The notes under the pieces are model-generated. The model was not told where the DNA came from and did no database searches. It was given only the letters and a program-made list of their open reading frames with translations. Positions 25,201 to 37,856 of a stretch of DNA of 64,000 nucleotides are shown piece after piece. This stretch comes from Spironucleus salmonicida (taxonomy: Eukaryota), in contig NC_090601.1 in NCBI RefSeq assembly GCF_000497125.1, forward strand, positions 124,001 to 188,000, given 5' to 3'. Made by a program: the position numbers and the translations under genes. The first letter of the stretch is position 1. Each line of letters starts with the position of its first letter.

Positions 25201-28200
25201 TAAAATCGATAATAGAGGTTTTAGCATAAGTTTCAGGGCTATATTTAGGGTTAGGGAGCTTAGTTGTGATGAACAACTTGAAGTTTTCATCGATTTACTT
25301 CGTTTAATCGCCAATTTTTACCTCCTTTCTTGTTCCAGTAATAATATATTGTTTTTCTAAGATGGGGTCTAATACTGGATCGATCTCTTCCTCAACATCT
25401 TCGATGAGCAGTGGTAAACCGTTTTCAACGGCATTCTCTAAAATCATTCTAAACCTCTTGTTATTCAGAGTGGTAACCTGAATATCTTGCTTGTACATGT
25501 TCTTGATCCAGGCAGCAGCCTGATTCTGGGGATCAACCATCAACGGATACCTTGATGATGAGCTTACAATAAGACCATTCTGGGTGGAAAGATCGTCAGT
25601 GGGCAGACCCTAAAGTCTCCACTCACCTATCTATGCCTCTGTCGTCAGGAACTAAATAATTTCGTTCTCGATGTTCTTAGAATATGGGATCTTCCTCTCC
25701 ACCATATCCTTCAACCATACTTGACTTAGCAGCATGGTCCTATATTATTGGTTGAATGGCCCTGCATAGCTTTAGAATGCAGCTGCTAAAGAGCAGTCTC
25801 CGACCAGACGTATGATGGCATCGTCTAGTTCCTTCGCCTGTATTCCCCATCTCTTTCTCTCACCAGACAGCCCGTTGATTAGTGCCGAAGCAGCGTTCAA
25901 CCGCTTCTGCGTCAGATCGGCTTCGTCTTGGAGAGCTTGCTTTTCCGCATTAGCCTTATTGAATACCTCTTCGAGGACATTAAGCGATTTTTGCTTATCG
26001 TCTAGTTCACCTTACGCCTTCTTTAACTTATCCATAGCTACTTTGAAGACTGCCTCCATTTCACGCACAAATCTACGCTTAGGTTCAACTTCCAATGCTA
26101 TAAAATGATAATCACGCATTGCAATAACCCATGAAAACAAACCAGCCACGTCACCAAAAGATTTCTACGCATTCTCAAACTTGAAATCAGGTGCCTCAAT
26201 ATAAGGCAACATTAATTCGCACATTTCATCAGTAATTGAATCTTTATCAAAAGATTAAAGTCTTTTCAATATATTATTCTACATCACGACTAAAGATTAA
26301 CTCCATGATGGTAAGCAACCTCTAACAGGTTCTTTTTCAGAATCATATACTAACTTTTCCATCTTTTCATTGAAAAGCACTAAGACAGTGTCAAAGATCT
26401 TTTAAATAATATAAGGTGGTTTACCAAGCTTCTTAACATTATTAATAGCATTGGCTGTGATAGAATTTAGAGCTGACTCGGCTTTTTCTAGTAATGGCAT
26501 TGCAGCAGCAAGACCTTGCTCAGCTACTTCCTTCTAGGCATTAATTTCGTCTGCCTAGGCCATACATGCGTCAGCATCCTTTTGTACAACAGCCTTCACT
26601 TTCTCTGCTTCGTTTTTCTTGATGGTAATATCTTTCATCATTTCATCGGTCTTGGCCTGTGCTACAGCTAGTTCTTTCTCTTTCTACTCTAAGTTGATCC
26701 TCATCGTTGCTACGTCATCTCCTGCTTATTAAAGGATATCCAAGCCTTTTTTAAGACGATTGTTCTATGACGATAGGTCATTAACCTTTTTAGTGTAGAG
26801 CTGCTTAAATGAGGATAGGAACGAAAGATATGACTTGGGGGTCACGTAAGTCTGTCTTCTGAACTAATCAAAATATTGTTATGTAATAGTACTCATACTA
26901 GAGTGTATGTTCGCAATAAACTGAACTAGACTTGGGACAGTTTAGTCATTGTTAACTTTAATATCAAATCCTTCGCAAAGCTCGCTTGCTGCTACCTATT
27001 CTAGGGCTTCCCTTGACCAAGACTGGAACCAGTCAGTGGTACAACCTGAGACTAGACCTGGGAACTTTCTAGATCTGGTTCTAAACTTATCGCCTACAGG
27101 TGAGAAGCATAGGATAATGTGCAAATTGGCCTTGTTGCGGTTGATGAAGAAGTTCCAAAGGTTTTCGTTGGTATCTGGCATACGAGCGTTCCATTTCTTA
27201 AAAATAGGTCTAATATCATTAATGATACCTTCAATTTCATCCTTGGGGAACAGAGCAGGAATTTCACCTGCAGTAAGTATATTATTGATTTTTTCTAAAA
27301 ATAACTCCTACTTGATGTCGTTATCGGTAAAAATAAAAGAACATCCTCGCCCGGTTAACCCAACCTATTTATAAAGCTTTCTAAGGTCCTCTTCTAAATT
27401 GCTTATATTGTAACTCCTAGACATAACCAATTAGAATAAATCATAATCTGCAATATGAGTTGCCATTCTCGCGCAAGATTATTTCCCGGAACCACCTACA
27501 CCGACTAGCAGAGCATGTCCACCAGGAGTTCTAATAATTCTAGATATTCTAAGAATATGATTAATACAAGAGTCGAACATAACTAACTTGAGCTAGAATT
27601 TACGGTTCTTATCGTTGTGGTCCTTCATATACATATTAAGTCTATTGATCATTACTTCTTTATCATACACAGGCTCATAAATTTTTGGAACAACAATTTC
27701 CTGGTCATCTGGCACATCATCAGGGGCATCTCTCATAAAATCAGCGATATAGATATACTTATTATCTCCTCCCTATTGAACATAGTTCTGTGCTTCCTAT
27801 GACAATTACTCATTAAGCTCTTCTTGTGCAACTACGTACAGTTAGTTGCTGAACCAGTTGATATCTTGCTCTGTTGTAAATTTATCAGGAAGAACTCTGC
27901 AGCACTCATTTGCCCAAAGATGAACCAATTATTTGGAGTTGGTGATAACATCATTCTCTGTGTTTATGAATCCCTAAGTAATTTTGCTCAAGTCGCGCAG
28001 GTTGAATACATAATGGAACTTAGCAGGGGTCGGAAGCATCTTAATTTTAGTAGCCTACCAGAGCTTTCTGGTTACTGCTACCAGCTTGTTGGCCGTTGTT
28101 GCAACTTCCTCACTGAACCCTCTGTCGATAGAATAATGGCCCTTAATGATAGTGCCAAAGATTACATCAAGTTGATCTGGGGCAGGAAGATTGATGTTAA

Positions 28201-31200
28201 AAGTGCAATAGTGTGACTTGAGTCTATCTGGTATGTCATTTCTACCACCACCTGGAATTGGCATAGCGCTGATAAAGGTAAAATCTTAAAAGCTGTGGAA
28301 TTCTCCAGGCTTATCAAGCGCGTATAAGCCCCTCTCCTCAATAATCTGACGGGTAAGCTCGTTTGTTGGCTGGTCCGTCCATTCATTGATAAGAGGAATA
28401 TTAACTTCATCAATGAAAACGATGCCTTTCTTTCCGGCAACGGGGCCATAGCTAGTACCCATTCTTTTTTCAACGAAAGCTTCAATATTGCTCTGCAGGA
28501 TACCTCCGGTAGTGGCTGATGAAAAGTTGACATTTCTGATAGCAAATTTCTCTTTGTCCTACTCTCCTAGGAACCTAAATATATCTTTTGTCTTTCCTGA
28601 ACCAGCTTCACCAGTGAAAAGTATATTAAACTAAGATCTATTTAGCTTCTAAAGAAGATAGTTAATTGTTGTATTATCTACGGTCGGAATAAGAATTTCG
28701 CCAAAAGGAATTGGCTATGGAGGAGGATACGTGTATGAAGGAACAATATCAGTCCACTTTTACCATTGACCAGAGTCATTTATGAAATAGTTGTAAATCT
28801 GGTCTTGAGTATTCTCTAGCGTAGGATAGTCTATTTGCGCATTCTTAGCAGCCTGATTATCATATAAAAACTTTTATAGAATCTTTTTATCGTCTAAATC
28901 TAAGACAGCGCCAAATGACCACATGATAGCAAACAAAATTATCTTCTTGAAAGCCATAGGATTAATCTTTCCAATAATCTGCGATGCATTCTCGGCGATA
29001 CATTGCAATTGTGCTTATTGAGCATTGCAAAAACCTTCTGTAGTCATAAACTAACCTGCACTAATAGCTTCCGCTAAAACTTCACCATTATTCTATTTGT
29101 CTTCCATGTTAGCCAGCTTGCTCTCGACACCGCTTCCATCATAGATAAGGGCGGTAATAATATTTAGAAGTTATCTTATCAATTACAGTGGTGGAACATT
29201 GAACAGAGGTTTAACCTCGAGATCGGTAAATTGATATAAAGCATCCAGTAATCCAGATGAATCTAACATCTAGGTCATGATGTTGACTTACTCGCCTTGC
29301 CAGCCCTTAGTCCACGAAATGTAGAATGGTTTCCATCCATATGCTTTAAACCCAGACATATAGATCATACCAGCTCTAGAAACTGTAGCCGGAGAAGCGT
29401 TGGCCAATGAGTCAATTTCCAAAATAAGCTTCAGATTCTTAGACATTGGGATTCTATCAGAATTTGCTAGTGTTAATGTCTTGTTGTCATCCATGACTGT
29501 GTTGAGATTTTCAATCCAAACTGCATCGACAGGTCCGTTTAGAGTCAGCATGATGAAATGTTCGGCCTTGACTGCCTTTCTCCACAGAGCTGAAAAAATA
29601 CCGTCCGTCCAGTCTCCAGTTGAAGCATCTAGCCTACCGAACATTTGAGGGGCTGTGATAGCTTTGGGGTTCATTTTAACAATCTGGAACTTCTGGCCAG
29701 TTATATTTTGCTGACATTTGGCCAATGTGTGAAGGGTGCACGATTTTCCAGCTAAAGTAGGCCCAAGAAGCATGATAGAGTGGCGCACGTTATATGTTTC
29801 GTAAAATTAAATAACTGACTTAACCCAGTCTGGTTACCTTTGTATATTGAGCTGCTGTGTCACAGTAACAATCATATTTTCTAGAGTCTCGTATTTATTT
29901 TCAGGAGGTTTGATACCTGGAAACAGGTCAGTTGTCAAAGATTCGAAGAGAGGGATATCAGGGGCGACCAACTTAGATCTGTTCATGTCCCGTAAAACAC
30001 GAAGCAAGATGAATGACTCAGTTAACGTTTTATCGTGAGCATTATCTCTTCTTTATTCTCCACATGTACGCAGAACGGACAGGATGTTTCTTAAACCAAA
30101 ATCATAATGGCGCTACTAGGATAATTGCTATTCGCACAATTGATAAAGAATGTAAAACTTTTTCGCTAGCATCTTGGATTCTGAGAACCCAGCTGCTGCT
30201 AACTTAACATCCATGATAATTTGGCGATCTGGTACCATCATGGCAACGGAACGGAATAATGCCTTCAGATTTTCTAGCAATTCTTAACGACCAGCATAAC
30301 CTGGGTTCATGGTAATGAAATATGCAGCAGAGGTAAGCAATGACACCATGCAACCGTCTGTGTAAAGGAACATCTTCTTTTTCTCCTTAATAGCAGATAA
30401 TACACAGAAGATCTATTGTGCGGCCACTGACATAACATCAAGTTCAATACGATTGAATTCATCAAAATCTCCAAAACAACCGCACTAAGCAATACCTCTA
30501 TAAATTTTACCGAGACCCTTATAATCCATCTGATCAGAACAATTGAACACAACTACGAACATACCTACTGCCTTTCCCATATCCTTTACAGTTTCGGTTT
30601 TTCCAGTACCAGCTGGTCCGGCTGGGGCTCCGCCTAAGCACATACCTATGGCCTGGGCCAATGTTATATAACATCTATCAGTTAAAGGAGTAACAACTAA
30701 TCTTTCGTTAACACCTAAATATTCGTAGTTGTAAATGAAATCAATGTCAGTAATCTATAAAATACATGTATCTTATTCAGTATTCCAATAAAATCTTGTT
30801 TATTTTAACCAGTCAAATTCAGTAACTGAACGAACCTTAGCTGCTATTAAATCATTAAAAATATCACGTTGATGTACATGAATAGTGATTAATGTTTCTA
30901 CGTTAGTTCTTTGTCTAGGAACCATTTCCTATTATTTAGTAATTTCAACTAACAGATCAAATACATCATTGTTCTTCTTAACAACATTCTCTAAAGCCTT
31001 TTTATCAGATTTAATTGTTCTAAATGCTTATTCACACCACAAAGTCCAAATGATTTATAAACATAGCAAGGTAACTTAAGCAGGATACGCCTCGAAAAAT
31101 TCTTTTAGTAGATCCTTGTAATCAGGTCTACTTAAATCTTAAGCAGCCTAACGAACAATATCTTTAATAGATCGCTGCATAACAGAAATTAAAGTATTCA

Positions 31201-34200
31201 ACCAATCTTCAATTGAACCTGATGCTACAACTGGGACAGATAAAGCAACCTTTTCACCATTTTTGTCATTAAGTGCTACAATATTATTACGCTTTTAAGG
31301 ATTTTTATCGAAATCTAATTTATATACAGCATCAAATATTGATAGCAAATGCTGCTATATTGCACCTGGATCTGATTACTAACCTAAAATTTCTAATAAT
31401 ACTGGATCAGATACGAAATAAAAGCGAGGGAATAAGTTACGCTTTTGTTCTAAATACCCTGACAGCGACTTTTGGCACTCTTCTAATTACTCTATGAGAT
31501 GTGGTAAAAGTGATTTAAGCGTGTCATCCTGGGAAGTCATATAAATAACTCCAGGGTTTAGATTGGCGCCGCCCATTATCTTTATCCAAGTCTTATCGAT
31601 GTTTCCGAACCTTTTCGCCTCAGCTGGCAGCTGACGTGCGATATCTCCAGAACTGAAAACAGCCTCCAAATAAATCCAGTTCTACTAGACCTACAACCAT
31701 AAACTGAGGGTTTCGTCAAGCGTCGATAAACGCTTAACCCACTAAAATATTTCATCTTTGAACGGCTTGTTATATCTGTTTGACTGAATAGAACTTAGGA
31801 GCATTTGAGAATCTTCCAATGCACTAATTAACTCAGACGTTTCTGCAGCATTGAGAATTACCTTGCCTCTTGACTTAAATTCGTCAAATACAAAGTTCAT
31901 GGATTTCCACTGGTCCCTAATTTAATTTACCTTAATCTCGATGTCAGTCTCTTTTGTTGCAGCATTGCAAATATCTTCAATATCTTCTGAATATTTAACC
32001 GGATCAGCAGATAATACATCAGAAAGCTTGAAAGATTCAGGTTCAGATAATATTTTAAGCACTGATTCTGATTTAGTTTTTTCTGAAATCTCTTGCCAAT
32101 GTCTAGGTTTCATTGCTGGATTCGACATGGCTTAAAACGTTGGGAGAATAAGATTAAAATCATCAACTTTTTATTTTAACTCAATAAAAGCATCCCAGTC
32201 TCTCATGTCTTTTGGTAAACGCATGCATCTGTTTTAGAAATCACCCATCTTGATTTATACCTCTTCAAAATTAAGATCAGACCATAATTTATCAGCGTAT
32301 CCATCAATAGTTGTTAAAACATCTGTGTACAAACCATAAAGTTAGTTTAATAACTTAAGATCTTTTTGTATAGTAACTAAATCTGAATATTCCGTAACAG
32401 GAAGACCAAAAAGTTTCTCACCTGTGGAATATGTTAGCCACTTTCTCTCCAATTCCGAAAATTACTATTAAAATTCTCTTAATCTTAATACTGCTACTCT
32501 TGGTGGGATACCTTACACCTTAGGTCCTTTTTCAGTCCATTCAATGCCGAAATTTTCTACAATACCAACAAAGTCTTTAACTGATGTTACAAGATCCTCT
32601 TTAAAACCGCCTTATAACTCTTTTAACTAAGACTAAACCGAAACTGCAGATTATTATATGGTTTTAAGCTTATAATTTAGTTGATCTACCTGTTCTACTT
32701 CTTCTGTAGAAACTTTGATATTGTGTTAGCTCAAAATTTAATAAGTTTATTCAATTGGATAGACTTTATTATCAAAATCTGCCTCTAACTCTCTTAATTT
32801 TACTAATGCACCCATTATTTTTCTTACATCATCCAAATCATTGATATTACCATTAACTTAGTTAGAAACATCATTAATTGTATTAGTCAAAATCGACAAT
32901 TACAACTGTGCAAAGTTATTGAGTTTTGTTGCATATTGTGCTTTCCAAGTTTAAGCCTCATTAGATAACGCTTGTTTAATTTACTCAGTTCTAAGCAAAA
33001 CAAAACCTTATTCTATAAATTGGGGGATTAAATCAATATTATGCGCTAATTTTTCATAATGAACAATTTAAGTGACATAACATTCCAATGCAGGTTTATC
33101 ATCTAAGAATTTTTTGAAAGTTGCTTCCTTATCATCTTTCCATAATTTAATAAAACTGGAAAACATTGTTAATTACTTTTCAATAACATCAAACATTTAT
33201 TTAAAATAACACTACACAGACATAACCAATTTTAGCATTTACCTTGAGTTACCAATATAGTTATAAAATGTATGATCTACTCCAATAGCCTCTAGCTGAT
33301 CTAACTTTGATATTGGTTAGGATAAATCGGCTGCAGCAACCCTTGAGGTAGCAGAACCGAATTGCTTATCAGTATTTTCATTCCATACAATCGATGCTGT
33401 GTTTTTAACATCAACGGTATCTTCTTCTACTGTTGAACTAGAAATTTATGTCTTAGTCATAGTAAGGCGTTACGCAATAGTATCTACCATGTTATCTTTT
33501 GTCAACGAAGTAATAGGCTAAATACTCTACAATACTATACTATAAAAATCTCCAGATGAATTCCACTTGGGAACTCTCTTGGAAATAGATAGCGAAAGCT
33601 CTATCATCGTGTCTAATGTAACTTAAATGTCTTGCGTATTTGGAATAATTGCTATGTTAGGATAAACTAATTCAACATCACAATACAATAAACTATCAAA
33701 TGCATATTCTGATGTAACAGATTACATTGGATGATTATGTGGATTAATATTACACATTCTTGCACCTAATGAACGCATTGTACGCTCACAAGATAAAAAT
33801 ATAGCAGCATGAACTCGTTCGTGCATTTTCTGTATAAAGGTTCTGATAGCGTCGCCAATAATTTAAGAGGTTGTTCTCTTAGAATCATCTGCCTTAATAT
33901 TAACAAAATTAGGATCGAAACATTGAGTTATTGACTGCATGACAACAGTTTTTAAGGACTATGAATTGTTGTTATCATTATTAGAAAGATATCTAGATGC
34001 TATAACAGTAACAATATCACATGTAGCGGCTGCTATAAACATAGATCTTTGGTAGATAGACTCAGCAACTTGTTAAGCGTGAGGTTTGGCTTTTTCAATG
34101 TATTTCTTAAACGATATAGCATTATTATTCTTTTCTAGATAATTTGAAAATAATCTTTAAGGATGTGAGGTGAATTCCGCGTTTTATTGATTATCCTGCT

Positions 34201-36799
34201 CGGGAGTAGATTTTTTAGCGAGTTCAGGTTGATCAAAAACAGTACCGCCCTTTGTAGAATCTTAGGTAGAGCCAAATATAGGTCTTAAGTGTAAAGGTAA
34301 GCAGGTGGTTTGAGCTATAATTTTTAGTGATTCTCCTATACGTAGCTTCATAACATCATTAATAGCTTTCTAGGTAACTTTAATTAAGTTAACTTAACCT
34401 TTTACAGATTCGATATACTGGTCTAAATTCATGGATGTCCAACAAACTGACTATAAAAGTGGTTAAATTTTCTTTTGCAATTTATACATCAAAGGCTACA
34501 TTAAGTCAATAGTATCTTCTTGTAATGAGTTTTAAATTACATCAATTTCTGTAACTAGTTCAACTAATTAGTCTCTGTTAGCGAACAATTTCTCTTCATG
34601 TAAAGTTATAGCCTTCACGTTATCAGGAATGTTGGTTCGGATTTCCTCCAACATTTTTGTTTCTCTACAAAGCTCAGAAATGATTCTATCAAAATTAACA
34701 TATAGCTTTCCGGTTTACTTATTTTCAACCAAAACAGTAGATTGTAATGATAATCTAATAGGTTAAACAGCATTAGCCCATCTTTATAAATGATCATTTT
34801 CGAATTATCTCAAACTTTCAATAGTTGTTGAAAATATTCTGCTTACATTTCTTCCATGCTTGTTATACTATAATAAAGGCATATAACCCATAGGGATATT
34901 ATCTGCAACTTAATTTTAGAGCATAAATAAATTATCGCTAGAATGAGCACCAATTCCTTGTGCCCACTGTTCTTTCTGTTCATCAGTAACTGGGACATAG
35001 ATACGCTTAAAAAATGAGTACGGGCGGGTAATTCTACCTTATACTAATCTACACCATGCTACTCTCCCGGCAATAGGCGTATAGTTTGCTGGAACTGGAA
35101 CCGGAAGATCTCCACGTCTAACCTTATTGTAATAATCAGCAATATGCTTAACATAAAGTGTGAATTTTTATAATAAAATATCATATTTAGACATTACTAA
35201 CTATTACAAATTAGGTCTATTAAGAATAGTATTCAACTATTACATTATAGAAATTAAATCCTATAATTTAATTTATTAGTCACCAAATTTATCATTAATA
35301 TAAGTAGTAAGCGAATTCTCTAAATCAATGATACCTTTTTTATAATCTTCATAATCCGAATCAAATTAGGCTAATCGATGAGATAAAGGGTCATAAGGTT
35401 TAGACTTAAGAACTTAAATAAGATCCTACTACTACTTAATAATAGGTTATAATCCCAATAAAGTAGCGGATTACAAACTGCTAAAATTTTATTTAGTAAT
35501 AATAACATCTGCAATCTTTTTTAATCTTGCACAAAATAATTCAAAGTTTCCAAAAACAGCTTACTCTGAGAAATTAAACTATTTCTCAGCTCCAGAAAGT
35601 AAAAGTTTTTCTTTAATTTTAGCATACTCATCAGAATAAGTGGACAATAATGTAATTGAATCATCAATTCTATGCAAAATTCCTCGATATGATGCTTCAA
35701 AAATTCTTTCAGTGAATTTTTCACCTTCAGCACCGCCGGCTAATACATATTCACGACAAGCTTTAATCATTTAATTGGAAATCTTGATTAACAAAATTGT
35801 CATATTTTCTCGATTACCATAATACTTAGCCATAGAGTGTACAACACGAACTGTTTCCATTAAATCAGGGACTGTTAACGTCATCTTTCCTGGTTCTCCA
35901 GAATAAAGAGGTTAAAGAATATCATCAATTGTTTACAAATACTTTAAGTTATCTTTGGCTTCATTTGTAGCTTCGAGGACTCTTTGCCTAACCTTCATCC
36001 ATCTTGAAACTACATTGCTTCCAGCCTATTATAAAACACGTAAACCCGCTGGTAACCATTCAATAGAAGACATTTAAGTACCAACACCATTGAACAAGGA
36101 CATTCTAGCTCTCCAAAATATTTATTCAGATTCTGGGCCTGAGTCATCTGAGTTTAATCTAATTTTTTCTGAATCAACTAAAAATTCTTCAATTTAATTA
36201 CAAAGAGCAGCCAACGCTCTTTCAATGATTTATAATTACTCTGGTGATTCTTAGAGAAGCTTTGCTATCTAAGTTGTGTCTGTAGGAAGTTTAGCAAAAA
36301 CTTCTGATACTGGAAGTTTTAATGTTAATTTATCTTACAAAATAATAGTAAACTTTTATAAATTATCAATAAATTTTCTTACCTAAGCTAAAAACTGAAG
36401 TTATTGTGTTTTATTCTACAAAGATCCCCAATCTTCTTAATTTTCAAGAAGAGGATAATAAACTCTTTACAATAATAACTAAAGAGAAGTAATATAGTCT
36501 GCTCCAACACAGCCATACATAATATCAACTTCTAAATTTGCCACTGTAACGTTTCTATTAACTGTTCTAAGAAGATAATAAATTTTCCCAGGGAACGGTT
36601 AATTTGGATCTGACGTATACGTTATTTTCTCACCATCCATAAACAAAAGAGCTATAGATTTACCTGCTGATGTGAAAATACTGGACAACGCATTAATATA
36701 GGAACCCCCTTGTAACTATTCAGATACAATTTCGGGTTCGACATCAAAACCTTCGGCGACTCTTTTAATGAGCCATTGCATTTTTGGTTCTTATGCCAT
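22214..36799 (-). CDS. Axonemal outer-arm dynein heavy chain, gamma/DNAH5-8 type, complete, 4861 aa
   Basis: One frame from MAQEPKMQW to ALLCQTQ-TGA; all nine dynein-like fragments of the ORF track fall in this frame. AAA1 [16 protein letters not shown]2 GPTLAGKS with [30 protein letters not shown] (gamma type), AAA3 [11 protein letters not shown]4 GVGGSGKQS, then stalk, AAA5, AAA6 and C-terminal domain. Confidence 0.97.
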
Positions 36800-36830
36800 A
36801 TTTCGAAGGAAGTGAAATTTTGCGGACTTT
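36800..36830 (-). promoter_or_regulatory. Initiator-like pyrimidine element (AATTTCACTTCCTTC) just before the dynein ATG
   Basis: Similar TTTCAY/CACTTC elements lie within ~25 nt of the starts at 9993, 17738, 20196, 37857, 50805, 53063 and 62684. Confidence 0.5.
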
Positions 36831-37856
36831 ACTATAAAAACTATAAATTTTATTATAGTATAATTTATGTGATTAATAAAAAACTTAGTTAATAAATATT
36901 AATTATTATATTAAAAATATATATACGTGATTTGTTGTTTTATTAATTATTATATGATCATCTATAAACAAATTATGAAAGTATACCTATTGATATAGTG
37001 AGTATATGTTATCTATAAAGTAACACAAATTAATGATAGCACTAAAAAATCATAATTTTATCATATTTAAAGTTAAATTTAAACAAGTAAATACAAATTA
37101 TTATAATATAAATAAAAAATTTCAACTTATGTATTATCAATAGTTGCCAAAAATAATATTATCATTAAACTGCTATGACATAAAAATTATTAAATATTGA
37201 AATAGTGTAATAATTTTTTACATATGCTCTTAATAAATTATGATTAACTTATAAATATATTTCAATAATTACAAGAAACTGATGATTTAATGACTGAGTT
37301 GGATTAATATATATTAAATTATGTCATACTAAATTATTTTCATCTATATAAGCCAATTAATGTATTAATGATTCAGTAATATTATAATTTGCTGTATAAA
37401 TTTAATAATTATTTATTAAAAATTATAAACTTCCTAATTAGTTTTCAATTATTAATACCTGGATAATTTTAACTATGTTACTTTGTTTCATTCATAGGTT
37501 TATTTATAACTTAAAATACTAACTAATTTAGATAAATAAAATTTTACTAAAAGCTGATGCACAGATTTTTAATGTAATTACAACTAAAAGATATTTAATT
37601 AATAAATGAATAAACTTAATATACTTACCAAATGAATTACTAATAACGGATTATATAAGAAAAGTAACAAATTATATTAAAATAATATTTTAGTAAATAC
37701 TACATATAAATAACTTATCAAGCTATATCAAATAAATGTAATGACGGCATCTTTTAATTTACAGCTTTAGATACAATAATAATTTCGATTATTGAAAGAC
37801 CTTAATAAGATTTATTTATTATTTAATAATATTTATTATATTTTTCATTCCACAAA

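Noticed and set aside
22569-31497. Numerous + strand ORFs in the track (e.g. 22569-23033, 26949-27374, 27824-28216)
   Set aside because: Antisense shadows of the dynein CDS with no recognisable motifs.
22214-36799. Spliceosomal or trans-spliced introns in the large genes
   Set aside because: Start, internal motifs and stop all fall in one frame for each gene checked, so no intron is required.
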